A DNA stretch of 64,000 nucleotides, from contig OZ249436.1 of assembly GCA_965235115.1 (NCBI GenBank), positions 22,260,001 through 22,324,000 on the forward strand, in the 5' to 3' direction. Shown here in pieces: positions 1 to 13,014 of this stretch. Positions within the stretch are counted from its first letter, which is position 1. Every line of letters begins with the position of its first letter. Origin of the DNA: Laetmonice hystrix (lineage: Eukaryota). A program made the translations under genes and the position numbers. The notes under the pieces are model-generated. The model was not told the DNA's origin. It worked only from the letters and a program-made list of their open reading frames with translations, and searched no databases.

Positions 1-330
1 AGAGACGTCTGAGAATAATGATTCTCGTGGAGAGACGTCTGAGAATAATGATTCTCGTGGAGAGACGTCTGAGAATAATGATTCTCGTGGAGAGACGTCT
101 GAGAATAATGATTCTCGTGGAGAGACGTCTGAGAATAATGATTCTCGTGGAGAGACGTCTGAGAATAATGATTCTCGTGGAGAGACGTCTGAGAATAATG
201 ATTCTCGTGGAGAGACGTCTGAGAACAATGATTCTCGTGGGGAGACGTCTGAGAATAATGATTCTCGTGGAGAGACGTCTGAGAATAATGATTCTCGTGG
301 AGAGACATCTGAGAATAATGATTCTCGTGG
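1..330. repeat. Tandem array, 30-bp unit AGAGACGTCTGAGAATAATGATTCTCGTGG, 11 copies, truncated by window start
   Basis: Exact 30-bp periodicity; unit contains palindrome AGACGTCT and hairpin GAGAAT-aatg-ATTCTC; ORF 18..386 is its translation. Confidence 0.97.
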
Positions 331-1267
331 TATTACACTACCATATATATTCATCAGCTCATGATCTCTGTTCTAAATTTTACTAAAATATTACAGAAAT
401 CTAAGAGTATCATTGTGATACGAGGTAAAGGCCTTCCCATAAACATATTTGTTCAATTCTGACATGAAGTTCAACCAAATATACCTAAACGTGCGTAGAT
501 TGGAAATATCAGAAATAGTTCATATACTTAAGTATAATTAACAGGCCTTAAGTTCTATTTATTTAAATCCGAAACACAAAGTACGAGTTCTGACTCCCGT
601 TTTAGTCTATGTGTAGAGTCTAGGGTTTATGAGTAGGTGGGGTGGGGGCATGGGTTGTACAGTTGTCAGCCCTCAAGGCATCCTCATCTCGACCCACCGG
701 CCTGTTCCGACTTACTGCTGCTGATGCGGCCGCTGACCTTGGGGTCATCCGCCACCAGCCAGGTGCTGATGTCAGACGCTGCCCTGCAGGCACCTGCAAC
801 CACTGGCCACTGCATTTCAAGGTCGTGCTCCTGGATCCAAGGTCACCTGCTCTGCCTGGACGGGGCGGTGGTGGCCAGGCTCCGGGCGGCTGCCGGCCAC
901 GCGCCAAGACGTCCCCCACCCCACCCCGACCCCACTGACCGCTGCCCATCACCCAGACAATCCCTAACCAGGAAACCCCTTTCTTCACCTCTGACCCTTC
1001 ATCAAGTTGACCCTCAGTGACCACCCTAAGTGACAGGTGGGTCTGATGACAGTTAATGACAGGTGTCAGTGTCTTATCACCTGGTGTTATAAAACAAACA
1101 ATCACCACCAGGGGCAGTGTTCCCACATGTGCCCTGGTCCACCCACACTGTCGTCACCCATGGTCCATTCCGTATTCTGTTTCAGATAAATCAATGGTCA
1201 CTCAATAACGTTGTGGAGACTGGTAAACTATTCGTCACCCGACACACTTCTTGTCAGCATCAGTCTA

Positions 1268-1513
1268 CAGTGATTTGGTAAAACCTAGTAAGTCGAGTTT
1301 TTGTCCAATTTGAGTTAGTCTCATTTTTGGACTTACTAGGTTTTGCCCTATCATATCTAGTCCTATACAAGTGATCAGAACTCTATGCAAATCATAGTTA
1401 TTGACCTGGAAAACCCTAGCGTTTGCCTGCACCTCAACGGGAGGAACGGTTCGTTTGTCCCAGTTTTCTCAAAATTAGGCAAAGTGGACTTGCTAGGTTT
1501 TTACAGATCACTG
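1268..1513. mobile_element. Tc1/mariner-like MITE (246 bp)
   Basis: TA|CAGTGATTTGGTAAAACCTAGTAAGTC at left and GACTTGCTAGGTTTTTACAGATCACTG|TA at right: ~27-bp imperfect TIR with CAGTG termini and TA flanks. A partial third TIR copy lies at ~1329-1353. Confidence 0.75.
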
Positions 1514-1544
1514 TAGAATTCTCTGTCCTGACGAGCACATAAAC

Positions 1545-1790
1545 AATCGGTAGACTACATTCGGTACATGTCCAAGTACTGTATATGGCTGTCAGTGTCA
1601 TAACGATCGGTAGACTACATTCGGTACATGTCCAAGTACTGTATATGGCTGTCAGTGTCATAACGATCGGTAGACTACATTCGGTACATGTCCAAGTACT
1701 GTATATGGCTGTCAGTGTCATAACGATCGGTAGACTACATTCGGTACATGTCCAAGTACTGTATATGGCTGTCAGTGTCATAACGATCGG
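1545..1790. repeat. Tandem array, 60-bp unit, ~4 copies
   Basis: ATCGGTAGACTACATTCGGTACATGTCCAAGTACTGTATATGGCTGTCAGTGTCATAACG repeated exactly. Confidence 0.97.
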
Positions 1791-3353
1791 CCTCCTGTCA
1801 ACACGATGACTATACAAACAAACTAAGATTTCGGGGGCTCAAAGAGAAACCAATCAACATCATCTCAATTTAAGGAGCCAAAGTAAATATTTGCAAAACG
1901 TTAGGAGGAACAATCAGGATGCACAACATCAAAGTACGATCTCAAAATATTTATGGACAAAATCCTCGTCCAATGACTTTGCGGCGATCGCTTGACTAGG
2001 GATGGCGGTTATTAAAATTTGCTGAGCAATTCAGGTGTTGGTGAATGTGTTAATTAGTGGGATTCAATCCGAGAAGCTATCGGCCTTGGTCGTTGATAAC
2101 GACCCCGCAAACAGTGATCAAAGGCTTGGAGTGAAATGTGTTCAGACTTAAGGCAACAGGTAGAGAAGTGGATGAGCGGCGGGACAGGCGCCGCCTTCAA
2201 ACTCTCTCTCTCTCTCTATTGGTCCAATCAACGCTACGCCAAACAATAAACGGGCGGTCAATGCGGCAAAACCTCACGACCTCGGAGAGTGGGAGGCGGG
2301 CGGGAGACCCAAACAAACATGGCGTCGGTTACATCCCAACCTCACCTCCACGTACTCGGGCTCACCTAGTCAAGTCGTGAGGTGAACCAATCACAATCAC
2401 ACGCAACCAGGAGCCACATTTTGTATATGGTGTTTTCACTTCTGAAAAAAAACCCCCATCTTCCTAACTGATCGTTTTTAACACCCAAAATAACATCAGC
2501 CCCCCATTGTCCAATGTAAATGTAAAAATGTAATAATAGAACCATTAATTATGAGATAACAAACGAATAAATAAATTAAGAAGGCCTATTTATATTAGGT
2601 GAGTAGTATATGAAAAGTTCCGTGACCAAATTTGCGACATTAATTGCATGGTTAGACGGTGGAGTTGTCAACCGTCTCAAGTATTGCTGCATAGACTGCC
2701 ATAGATCAAGTGGTTTACCGCTATCCCTTATCTTCGGTCACCATTATCAGTCAGGTGTGTCAACTGTACCAACTTGACGAGTGAGCACCACCGGCCGGCC
2801 GCCTGACAAATGAGTGGGTCGTGTAGTGTATCATTGAAACGGGTCCTCGTGGTCCCCTGCCTCCTCTAGTCACCCCCTCATACCTCCCACACCCCCACCC
2901 TGTACACACATCCCTACCCCACCTACCTGTACGCCCAGACGCCACACTATCAAACTGGCAGCAAAATTAACTAACTTGTGCGTCGACTTCATCGTCGACC
3001 ACTCGAGGGGAGTATTTGTAGAGGCGACATAATGAGTATCAATATTACATGGCTAGAGGACAATTAGGCGATAGTTGGTCAGGTGGTGGTGATTTACTGG
3101 ACCTGTCAACCCGTTAAACACAACTGACGCTACCACCGAGCGGCCATAAACCGCCACCATCAGCTCATTCTCCTAACTTCTATGAGTCCCTGGAACGTTA
3201 TCAAATGCTACACTTGACGAGGCTGGCAGTGGCACCGAGCTGAGAGATTAACTTGTCCATTAGAGGGAGTGGTCGAGTGGCTGACCACGAGGTCCACAAC
3301 ACCCACAGTCATTAGGCTGACATGGAAAACAATTGATGACTAGTGATTACGGA

Positions 3354-6300
3354 CTCTGTCCCCACCTGGACACTAGTTTACCCCACCTACACCCACACTC
3401 TGTCCCCACCTGGACACTAGTTTACCCGACCTACACCCACACTCTGTCCCCACCTGGACACTAGTTTACCCGACCTACACCCACACTCTGTCCCCACCTG
3501 GACACTAGTTTACCCGACCTACACCCACACTCTGTCCCCACCTGGACACTAGTTTACCCGACCTACACCCACACTCTGTCCCCACCTGGACACTAGTTTA
3601 CCCGACCTACACCCACACTCTGTCCCCACCTGGACACTAGTTTACCCGACCCACACCCACACTCTGTCTCCACCTGGACACTAGTTTACCCGACCTACAC
3701 CCACACTCTGTCCCCACCTGGACAGTTTACCCGACCTACACCCACACTCTGTCCCCACCTGGACACTAGTTTACCCGACCTACACCCACACTCTGTCCCC
3801 ACCTGGACACTAGTTTACCCGACCTACACCCACACTCTGTCCCCACCTGGACACTAGTTGACCCGACCTACACCCACACTCTGTCCCCACCTGGACACTA
3901 GTTTACCCGACCTACACCCACACTCTGTCCCCACCTGGACACTAGTTTACCCGACCCACACCCACACTCTGTCCCCACCTGGACACTAGTTTACCCGACC
4001 TACACCCACACTCTGTCCCCACCTGGACAGTTTACCCGACCTACACCCACACTCTGTCCCCACCTGGACACTAGTTTACCCGACCTACACCCACACTCTG
4101 TCCCCACCTGGACACTAGTTTACCCGACCTACACCCACACTCTGTCCCCACCTGGACACTAGTTGACCCGACCTACACCCACACTCTGTCCCCACCTGGA
4201 CACTAGTTTACCCGACCTACACCCACACTCTGTCCCCACCTGGACACTAGTTGACCCGACCTACACCCACACTCTGTCCCCACCTGGACACTAGTTGACC
4301 CGACCTACACCCACACTCTGTCCCCACCTGGACACTAGTTTACCCGACCTACACCCACACTCTGTCCCCACCTGGACAGTTTACCCGACCTACACCCACA
4401 CTCTGTCCCCACCTGGACACTAGTTTACCCGACCTACACCCACACTCTGTCCCCACCTGGACACTAGTTTACCCGACCTACACCCACACTCTGTCCCCAC
4501 CTGGACACTAGTTTACCCGACCTACACCCACACTCTGTCCCCACCTGGACACTAGTTTACCCGACCTACACCCACACTCTGTCCCCACCTGGACAGTTTA
4601 CCCGACCTACACCCACACTCTGTCCCCACCTGGACACTAGTTTACCCGACCTACACCCACACTCTGTCCCCACCTGGACACTAGTTTACCCGACCCACAC
4701 CCACACTCTGTCCCCATCTGGACACTAGTTTACCCGACCCACACCCACACTCTGTCCCCACCTGGACACTAGTTTACCCGACCTACACCCACACTCTGTC
4801 CCCACCTGGACACTAGTTTACCCGACCTACACCCACACTCTGTCCCCACCTGGACACTAGTTTACCCGACCTACACCCACACTCTGTCCCCACCTGGACA
4901 CTAGTTTACCCGACCTACACCCACACTCTGTCCCCACCTGGACACTAGTTTACCCGACCCACACCCACACTCTGTCCCCACCTGGACACTAGTTTACCCG
5001 ACCTACACCCACACTCTGTCCCCACCTGGACAGTTTACCCGACCTACACCCACACTCTGTCCCCACCTGGACACTAGTTTACCCGACCTACACCCACACT
5101 CTGTCCCCACCTGGACAGTTTACCCGACCTACACCCACACTCTGTCCCCACCTGGACAGTTTACCCGACCTACACCCACACTCTGTCCCCACCTGGACAC
5201 TAGTTTACCCGACCTACACCCACACTCTGTCCCCACCTGGACAGTTTACCCGACCTACACCCACACTCTGTCCCCACCTGGACACTAGTTTACCCGACCT
5301 ACACCCACACTCTGTCCCCACCTGGACAGTTTACCCGACCTACACCCACACTCTGTCCCCACCTGGACAGTTTACCCCACCTACACCCACACTCTGTCCC
5401 CACCTGGACACTAGTTTACCCGACCTACACCCACACTCTGTCCCCACCTGGACACTAGTTTACCCGACCTACACCCACACTCTGTCCCCACCTGGACACT
5501 AGTTTACCCGACCTACACCCACACTCTGTCCCCACCTGGACACTAGTTTACCCGACCTACACCCACACTCTGTCCCCACCTGGACACTAGTTTACCCGAC
5601 CTACACCCACACTCTGTCCCCACCTGGACACTAGTTTACCCGACCTACACCCACACTCTGTCCCCACCTGGACACTAGTTTACCCGACCTACACCCACAC
5701 TCTGTCCCCACCTGGACACTAGTTTACCCGACCTACACCCACACTCTGTCCCCACCTGGACACTAGTTTACCCGACCTACACCCACACTCTGTCCCCACC
5801 TGGACACTAGTTTACCCGACCTACACCCACACTCTGTCCCCACCTGGACACTAGTTTACCCGACCTACACCCACACTCTGTCCCCACCTGGACACTAGTT
5901 TACCCGACCTACACCCACACTCTGTCCCCACCTGGACACTAGTTTACCCGACCTACACCCACACTCTGTCCCCACCTGGACACTAGTTTACCCGACCTAC
6001 ACCCACACTCTGTCCCCACCTGGACACTAGTTTACCCGACCCACACCCACACTCTGTCCCCACCTGGACACTAGTTTACCCGACCTACACCCACACTCTG
6101 TCCCCACCTGGACACTAGTTTACCCGACCTACACCCACACTCTGTCCCCACCTGGACACTAGTTTACCCGACCTACACCCACACTCTGTCCCCACCTGGA
6201 CAGTTCACCCGACCTACACCCACACTCTCTCCCCACCTGGACACTAGTTTACCCGACCTACACCCACACTCTGTCCCCACCTGGACACTAGTTTACCCGA

Positions 6301-8918
6301 CCTACACCCACACTCTGTTCCCACCTGGACAGTTTACCCGACCTACACCCACACTCTGTCCCCACCTGGACACTAGTTTACCCGACCTACACCCACACTC
6401 TGTCCCCACCTGGACACTAGTTTACCCGACCTACACCCACACTCTGTCCCCACCTGGACAGTTTACCCGACCTACACCCACACTCTCTCCCCACCTGGAC
6501 ACTAGTTTACCCGACCTACACCCACACTCTGTCCCCACCTGGACACTAGTTTACCCGACCTACACCCACACTCTGTTCCCACCTGGACAGTTTACCCGAC
6601 CTACACCCACACTCTGTCCCCACCTGGACACTAGTTTACCCGACCTACACCCACACTCTGTCCCCACCTGGACACTAGTTTACCCGACCTACACCCACAC
6701 TCTGTCCCCACCTGGACACTAGTTTACCCGACCTACACCCACACTCTGTCCCCACCTGGACACTAGTTTACCCGACCTACACCCACACTCTGTCCCCACC
6801 TGGACACTAGTTTACCCGACCTACACCCACACTCTGTCCCCACCTGGACACTAGTTTACCCGACCTACTCCCACACTCTGTCCCCACCTGGACACTAGTT
6901 TACCCGACCTACACCCACACTCTGTCCCCACCTGGACACTAGTTTACCCGACCTACACCCACACTCTGTCCCCACCTGGACACTAGTTTACCCGACCTAC
7001 ACCCACACTCTGTCCCCACCTGGACACTAGTTTACCCGACCTACACCCACACTCTGTCCCCACCTGGACACTAGTTTACCCGACCCACACCCACACTCTG
7101 TCCCCACCTGGACACTAGTTTACCCGACCCACACCAACACTCTGTCCCCACCTGGACACTAGTTTACCCGACCTACACCCACACTCTGTCCCCACCTGGA
7201 CACTAGTTTACCCGACCTACACCCACACTCTGTCCCCACCTGGACAGTTTACCCGACCTACACCCACACTCTGTCCCCACCTGGACACTAGTTTACCCGA
7301 CCTACACCCACACTCTGTCCCCACCTGGACACTAGTTTACCCGACCTACACCCACACTCTGTCCCCACCTGGACAGTTTACCCGACCTACACCCACACTC
7401 TGTCCCCACCTGGACACTAGTTTACCCGACCTACACCCACACTCTGTCCCCACCTGGACAGTTTACCCGACCTACACCCACACTCTGTCCCCACCTGGAC
7501 ACTAGTTTACCCGACCTACACCCACACTCTGTCCCCACCTGGACAGTTTACCCGACCTACACCCACACTCTGTCCCCACCTGGACACTAGTTTACCCGAC
7601 CTACACCCACACTCTGTCCCCACCTGGACACTAGTTTACCCGACCTACACCCACACTCTGTCCCCACCTGGACACTAGTTTACCCGACCTACACCCACAC
7701 TCTGTCCCCACCTGGACACTAGTTTACCCGACCTACACCCACACTCTGTCCCCACCTGGACAGTTTACCCGACCTACACCCACACTCTCTCCCCACCTGG
7801 ACACTAGTTTACCCGACCTACACCCACACTCTGTCCCCACCTGGACACTAGTTTACCCGACCTACACCCACACTCTGTTCCCACCTGGACAGTTTACCCG
7901 ACCTACACCCACACTCTGTCCCCACCTGGACACTAGTTTACCCGACCTACACCCACACTCTGTTCCCACCTGGACAGTTTACCCGACCTACACCCACACT
8001 CTGTCCCCACCTGGACAGTTTACCCGACCTACACCCACACTCTGTCCCCACCTGGACAGTTTACCCGACCTACACCCACACTCTGTCCCCACCTGGACAC
8101 TAGTTTACCCGACCTACACCCACACTCTGTCCCCACCTGGACACTAGTTTACCCGACCTACACCCACACTCTGTCCCCACCTGGACAGTTTACCCGACCT
8201 ACACCCACACTCTGTCCCCACCTGGACACTAGTTTACCCGACCCACACCCACACTCTGTCCCCATCTGGACACTAGTTTACCCGACCCACACCCACACTC
8301 TGTCCCCACCTGGACACTAGTTTACCCGACCTACACCCACACTCTGTCCCCACCTGGACACTAGTTTACCCGACCTACACCCACACTCTGTCCCCACCTG
8401 GACACTAGTTTACCCGACCTACACCCACACTCTGTCCCCACCTGGACACTAGTTTACCCGACCTACACCCACACTCTGTCCCCACCTGGACACTAGCTTA
8501 CCCGACCTACACCCACACTCTGTCCCCACCTGGACACTAGTTTACCCCACCTACACCCACACTCTGTCCCCACCTGGACACTAGTTTACCCGACCTACAC
8601 CTACACTCTGTCCCCACCTGGACACTAGCTTACCCGACCTACACCCACACTCTGTCCCCACCTGGACACTAGTTTACCCGACCTACACCCACACTCTGTC
8701 CCCACCTGGACACTAGTTTACCCGACCTACACCCACACTCTGTCCCCACCTGGACACTAGTTTACCCGACCTACACCCACACTCTGTCCCCACCTGGACA
8801 CTAGTTTACCCGACCTACACCCACACTCTGTCCCCACCTGGACACTAGTTTACCCGACCTACACCCACACTCTGTCCCCACCTGGACACTAGTTTACCCG
8901 ACCTACACCCACACTCTG
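3354..8918. repeat. Large minisatellite, 44-bp unit (41-bp variant), ~125 copies
   Basis: CTCTGTCCCCACCTGGACACTAGTTTACCCGACCTACACCCACA; variant GGACAGTTT lacks 3 bp and the ACTAGT site. Confidence 0.98.
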
Positions 8919-9431
8919 CCACCAATACGATCAGGGTGTGATTACGGTCTCTGCCACCAATACGATCAGGGTATGATTACGGTCTCTGCCACCAATACGA
9001 CCAGGGTGTGATTACGGTCTCTGCCACCAATACGATCAGGGTATGATTACGGTCTCTGCCACCAATACGATCAGGGTATGATTACGGTCTCTGCCACCAA
9101 TACGATCAGGGTGTGATTACGGTCTCTGCCACCAATACGATCAGGGTATGATTACGGTCTCTGCCACCAATACGAGCAGGGTATGATTACGGTCTCTGCC
9201 ACCAATACGACCAGGGTGTGATTACGGTCTCTGCCACCAATACGATCAGGGTGTGATTACGGTCTCTGCCACCAATACGATCAGGGTATGATTACGGTCT
9301 CTGCCACCAATACGATCAGGGTGTGATTACGGTCTCTGCCACCAATACGATCAGGGTATGATTACGGTCTCTGCCACCAATACGATCAGGGTGTGATTAC
9401 GGTCTCTGCCACCAATACGATCAGGGTATGA
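8914..9431. repeat. Minisatellite, 35-bp unit, ~15 copies, directly abutting the 44-bp array
   Basis: CTCTGCCACCAATACGATCAGGGT(G/A)TGATTACGGT repeated. Confidence 0.97.
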
Positions 9432-10855
9432 CGCTTCCATGCCCGGAAGTTTTCCTCACCGGGATGTCATACTTACCGGGATGTCATCCTTGCTCGAATG
9501 TTACAATAATGATCCCATTACTTCACTATGATGCCTTCCTACGCCAGGTTTTTGATCTGGGTTCTGCATAAAGCCAAGAGTTGCTGTTAAAGGAGCCATA
9601 AAAAAGTTATGGGTAGAGAGTTTCTGACAGCAATACACGACACTACCTATCACTTAAAAGTTTGGCGTCGTCCTTTTATCTCGACAAAAAGTGGAGTCTC
9701 CGTTCATATCCTTCTTACAAACCTCATTCTCTACAGAAGAGAAATTACGCTCGGACGAAAAAGGAAATTCCCCCATAAAAATCCCATGTACATGGCAGTC
9801 ATGTAAATATTAAATTGATGAAGGTACGCTTAGCTCATAATGGCTTACACATCGAGGTTTGCCATGATGACACGTGGCCCTACCGAGACCCACTTCCGCC
9901 TCAGGTTTGCCATAAAGTGTCCCCTGGCGGGAGTTTATGACGAACTTACTCCGGTAGTTGCCTCCCCGAACGAGCCGCAGATGCCTGAAGGGACCTCGAG
10001 GCAATCATCTCATTTCTCGTTTTATTTGTCTTTATACGGTAGATGGACCTTGTGCTGGGCACAGGGACACTTAAGCTGGCAATGCCTATGCAAACCGTCT
10101 CGCTCTAGATTGGCTTTATTGTGGCTAATTGTGGCACAGACGTTTTATGTCAGCATAAACCAGCAACGAGGTGAGCGTCAGCGACCATCTCACAAACTAA
10201 CAATCCTTCGTAGTGCACTGACGCAACCGCGGGTCGTCACTGGCCATTTTGATATCACTTGGCCCTAGTAAATAGCTGTTAATTGTCTCCCTTGGCGTAA
10301 CGGTTCACCTAGAATTAAAACTGACGAGTGCCAGAGTCTATCGCTGGGGACGTCTCTAATGGGTACAGTTCGCCCACCTACCGCCAGGTGGCCGGAAGTT
10401 CTCCGCCTCACATCGTCAGCACATTCTCCGCCCGTACCTGATCGAATCTTGACACAGAAACCTCTCCACTGCCCTCCCTGCCCGACTGAATGCACTACTT
10501 ATCTACGTCAGGGATCTGTGTATACATATTGAAGGGCCGCCATTCTTAGGCCACACTGTAAAAGGATGACTGTTAGAGTAATTTATTGGTTAAAATGGAC
10601 CAGCATCCCCTGTAAGGCGATACTGAGCATACATATCACATTGGTGAATGATCACTGGCGTATCGAACCTTGTTCTAATTGAGGTCCATGGACTGAACGG
10701 TTCCCGGACTTGTTAAACCGACTCCATGTTTAATTTCCCTTTGTTAACGTTTGTATCATTGTATGTAGAACAGCTGAAAGCAAAAAGTTTACAACTTTGA
10801 AACATGATCATCTCAACCATTTAAAAATGATTAGATACCGTTTAGCAAGCGTAGT

Positions 10856-11409
10856 ACAAGAGCATGACCCTGTCGGAGTCACAGCCCCCAGCGGGGTCTG
10901 TGGGTCTAGGAACTTTGTATTTTTGAAATACAGTCCATGTGAGAACATCCGTGCTACATGAGTCACAAAGAAACTTCATACTAAGTGGTTTGTCTTTAAG
11001 TGTTTTCTAGATATGAATCGTCGAAAATGTCCCTGACCTTGATTGACCTCAAAACTATGTGAGGCCACAAATATGTCCGCCATGTCGCCTTATTTACTCT
11101 GAACTAAGAATACATTGGCATATGCATTGCCCCTCATATGCATCTTCTTTGCACCAAATTTGAAAGAAATCGGGATCGTTTTGTCTGAGTTATTGCTTCA
11201 AATGTTTTTATATCCGGCTGCCAAGCGACCATTTTAAGTGATATCAAAAATCTGTTTGACGTGCATCATCATCCTCAGACCGGCCCTGATCATTGTGTAA
11301 AGTCCCATACAATTTCACCCATACACTTCTGAGAAATAACTGTCTACGGACGGACGGACGGACGGAGGGTGAAATAAAAGTCCCCGCCTCTTAGAGTTCG
11401 GGGCCAAAA
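10856..11409 (+). mobile_element. Helentron-associated (HINE/DINE-1-like) non-autonomous element
   Basis: Starts ACAAGAGC with short 5' hairpins, has internal TGACCTT motifs, a (GGAC)n microsatellite at ~11347-11366 and a 3' stem CCCCG..CGGGG followed by A-run. Its core (~11178-11275) is homologous to ~51746-51845. Confidence 0.6.
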
Positions 11410-13014
11410 GCTAGAAACAAAATTTGTTGGGGGGGGGGGGGTAGTAACCGATTTTTTTAGGGGGGGGGGGAGGTGTCCGATTCAAACAGACCTGCAGGAC
11501 ACCCTGAAGAGAAACGTTCTTTGCCCACTAGGTCACGTCGGAGTGACGTCACCGGTGACGTAATTTGTACATCTACCTCCAGGTGTCTTACGCTGACCGT
11601 GCCCCACAGACACCTAGCCCAGGTGGTTAACACCATTTGACTGCCTCCTCCACCCCCAGGTCACGTGACCAGGACGCCGTCACGTCTACCTGGACGCCGT
11701 CACCGTCCGCTGTCCAGGGTTACAGTATTGACACCTGCCTTGTCAATCATTCAGAGCTGAGCTGGCTGCAGCGTTCACAGCTGTTCAATAATGGACAGTG
11801 GAGGACGGCGCCAGCTGCTGCCTGTTCACACCGACAAACGTGTCCAGGACGGCGCTGACCGGTGGGGACGTGTTCACCTCTCTCGACATCTCCTACACGT
11901 CAGTCACACACCCTGCTATCATAAACCCCACCCTAACCCGCCACACACACACACACACACATAGCCAGGCCACCACTTTACATAGTATTCCCGGAAAATA
12001 TACTGAAACCATCATACCGTGGCTTGCAAAAATCACTTCATCAAGATCAACGAGTTCTACACATGGCAATGATTGGTAAATATCGCCTTCCACCATATCT
12101 ATTCATGCCACCCGATAAGCTTCATACGACCGTTTACCTATACTACTTACGGTTTGTAATCTGAAAAGGTCTAACGTCCGGGTATTTACCTATACTACAG
12201 GACAAAAGCTACCCTTAGTAAGCCGTTAGCCTTACTTATGCTATCGGCATATATATCTAATATACGTGTCCACAGGCAGACCCGGGGTTTTTAATGGAAC
12301 TATCTCACGCACCTCATTTATACAAAGTACTAGATACAAACAATAAAGAACAATCTTAAAAGGCATTTCCAAAAGAACATACCTCATACTTACAAGCAAT
12401 GTCATAAAATCCAACGTAACCTTCCATGTCAGAACTTACCTGTATTTTCTCCCATTTGCCCTGTTATTATTACTCATACTTTCTCCATTGAATTTCTTTT
12501 TTTTTTCTCCATATAGTAGTGAACTTTAATATTTACAATACTTTGCAATAAAAACCGCCCGAGGCCTTCCCTATTGTTCCATTTAACACGATGTATCAAT
12601 CAGATGTAGTCAGGCACTCCTCTGTGGAAATTACATCATTTAAAAAAGCTGAATGAATAATCGAATGGTGCATGTGTGACAGACACCATATGATACCAGC
12701 ATTCTATTTGTGTTGTCCTTTCCGTTATGTATCAGGTCAACCAGTGTAGTAAGTGGCTTTCTCCTGGCCCATCATGGTTTCTGATAACGCATTTCGGGGA
12801 CAAAGGAATATATACGGGTTGTTTGCACATCTCAGGTCCTGCCAAAACAATCAAGTTGCTGTGAATGGCGTCCAGTAAATCGTTAAGTAACATCTGACTT
12901 TTCCATTCTCGGCAGTATTCTGAGATCCCCTATGTTCATCCTAGAGCTGATACATCATCCCATTATAAATAAAAAATCCTAGACGTCTATCAGGTTTACA
13001 GTAAGGCTGTGCTT

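Noticed and set aside
1..9431. CRISPR-like 30-44-bp repeats with palindromic units
   Set aside because: Units are head-to-tail with no unique spacers, no cas genes, and eukaryotic context.
9587..10560. Possible transposon ends (TTAAAGGAGCC at ~9587; GGCCACACTGTA at ~10549) and 142-aa ORF
   Set aside because: No matching partner TIRs found and the ORF has no recognisable motif.
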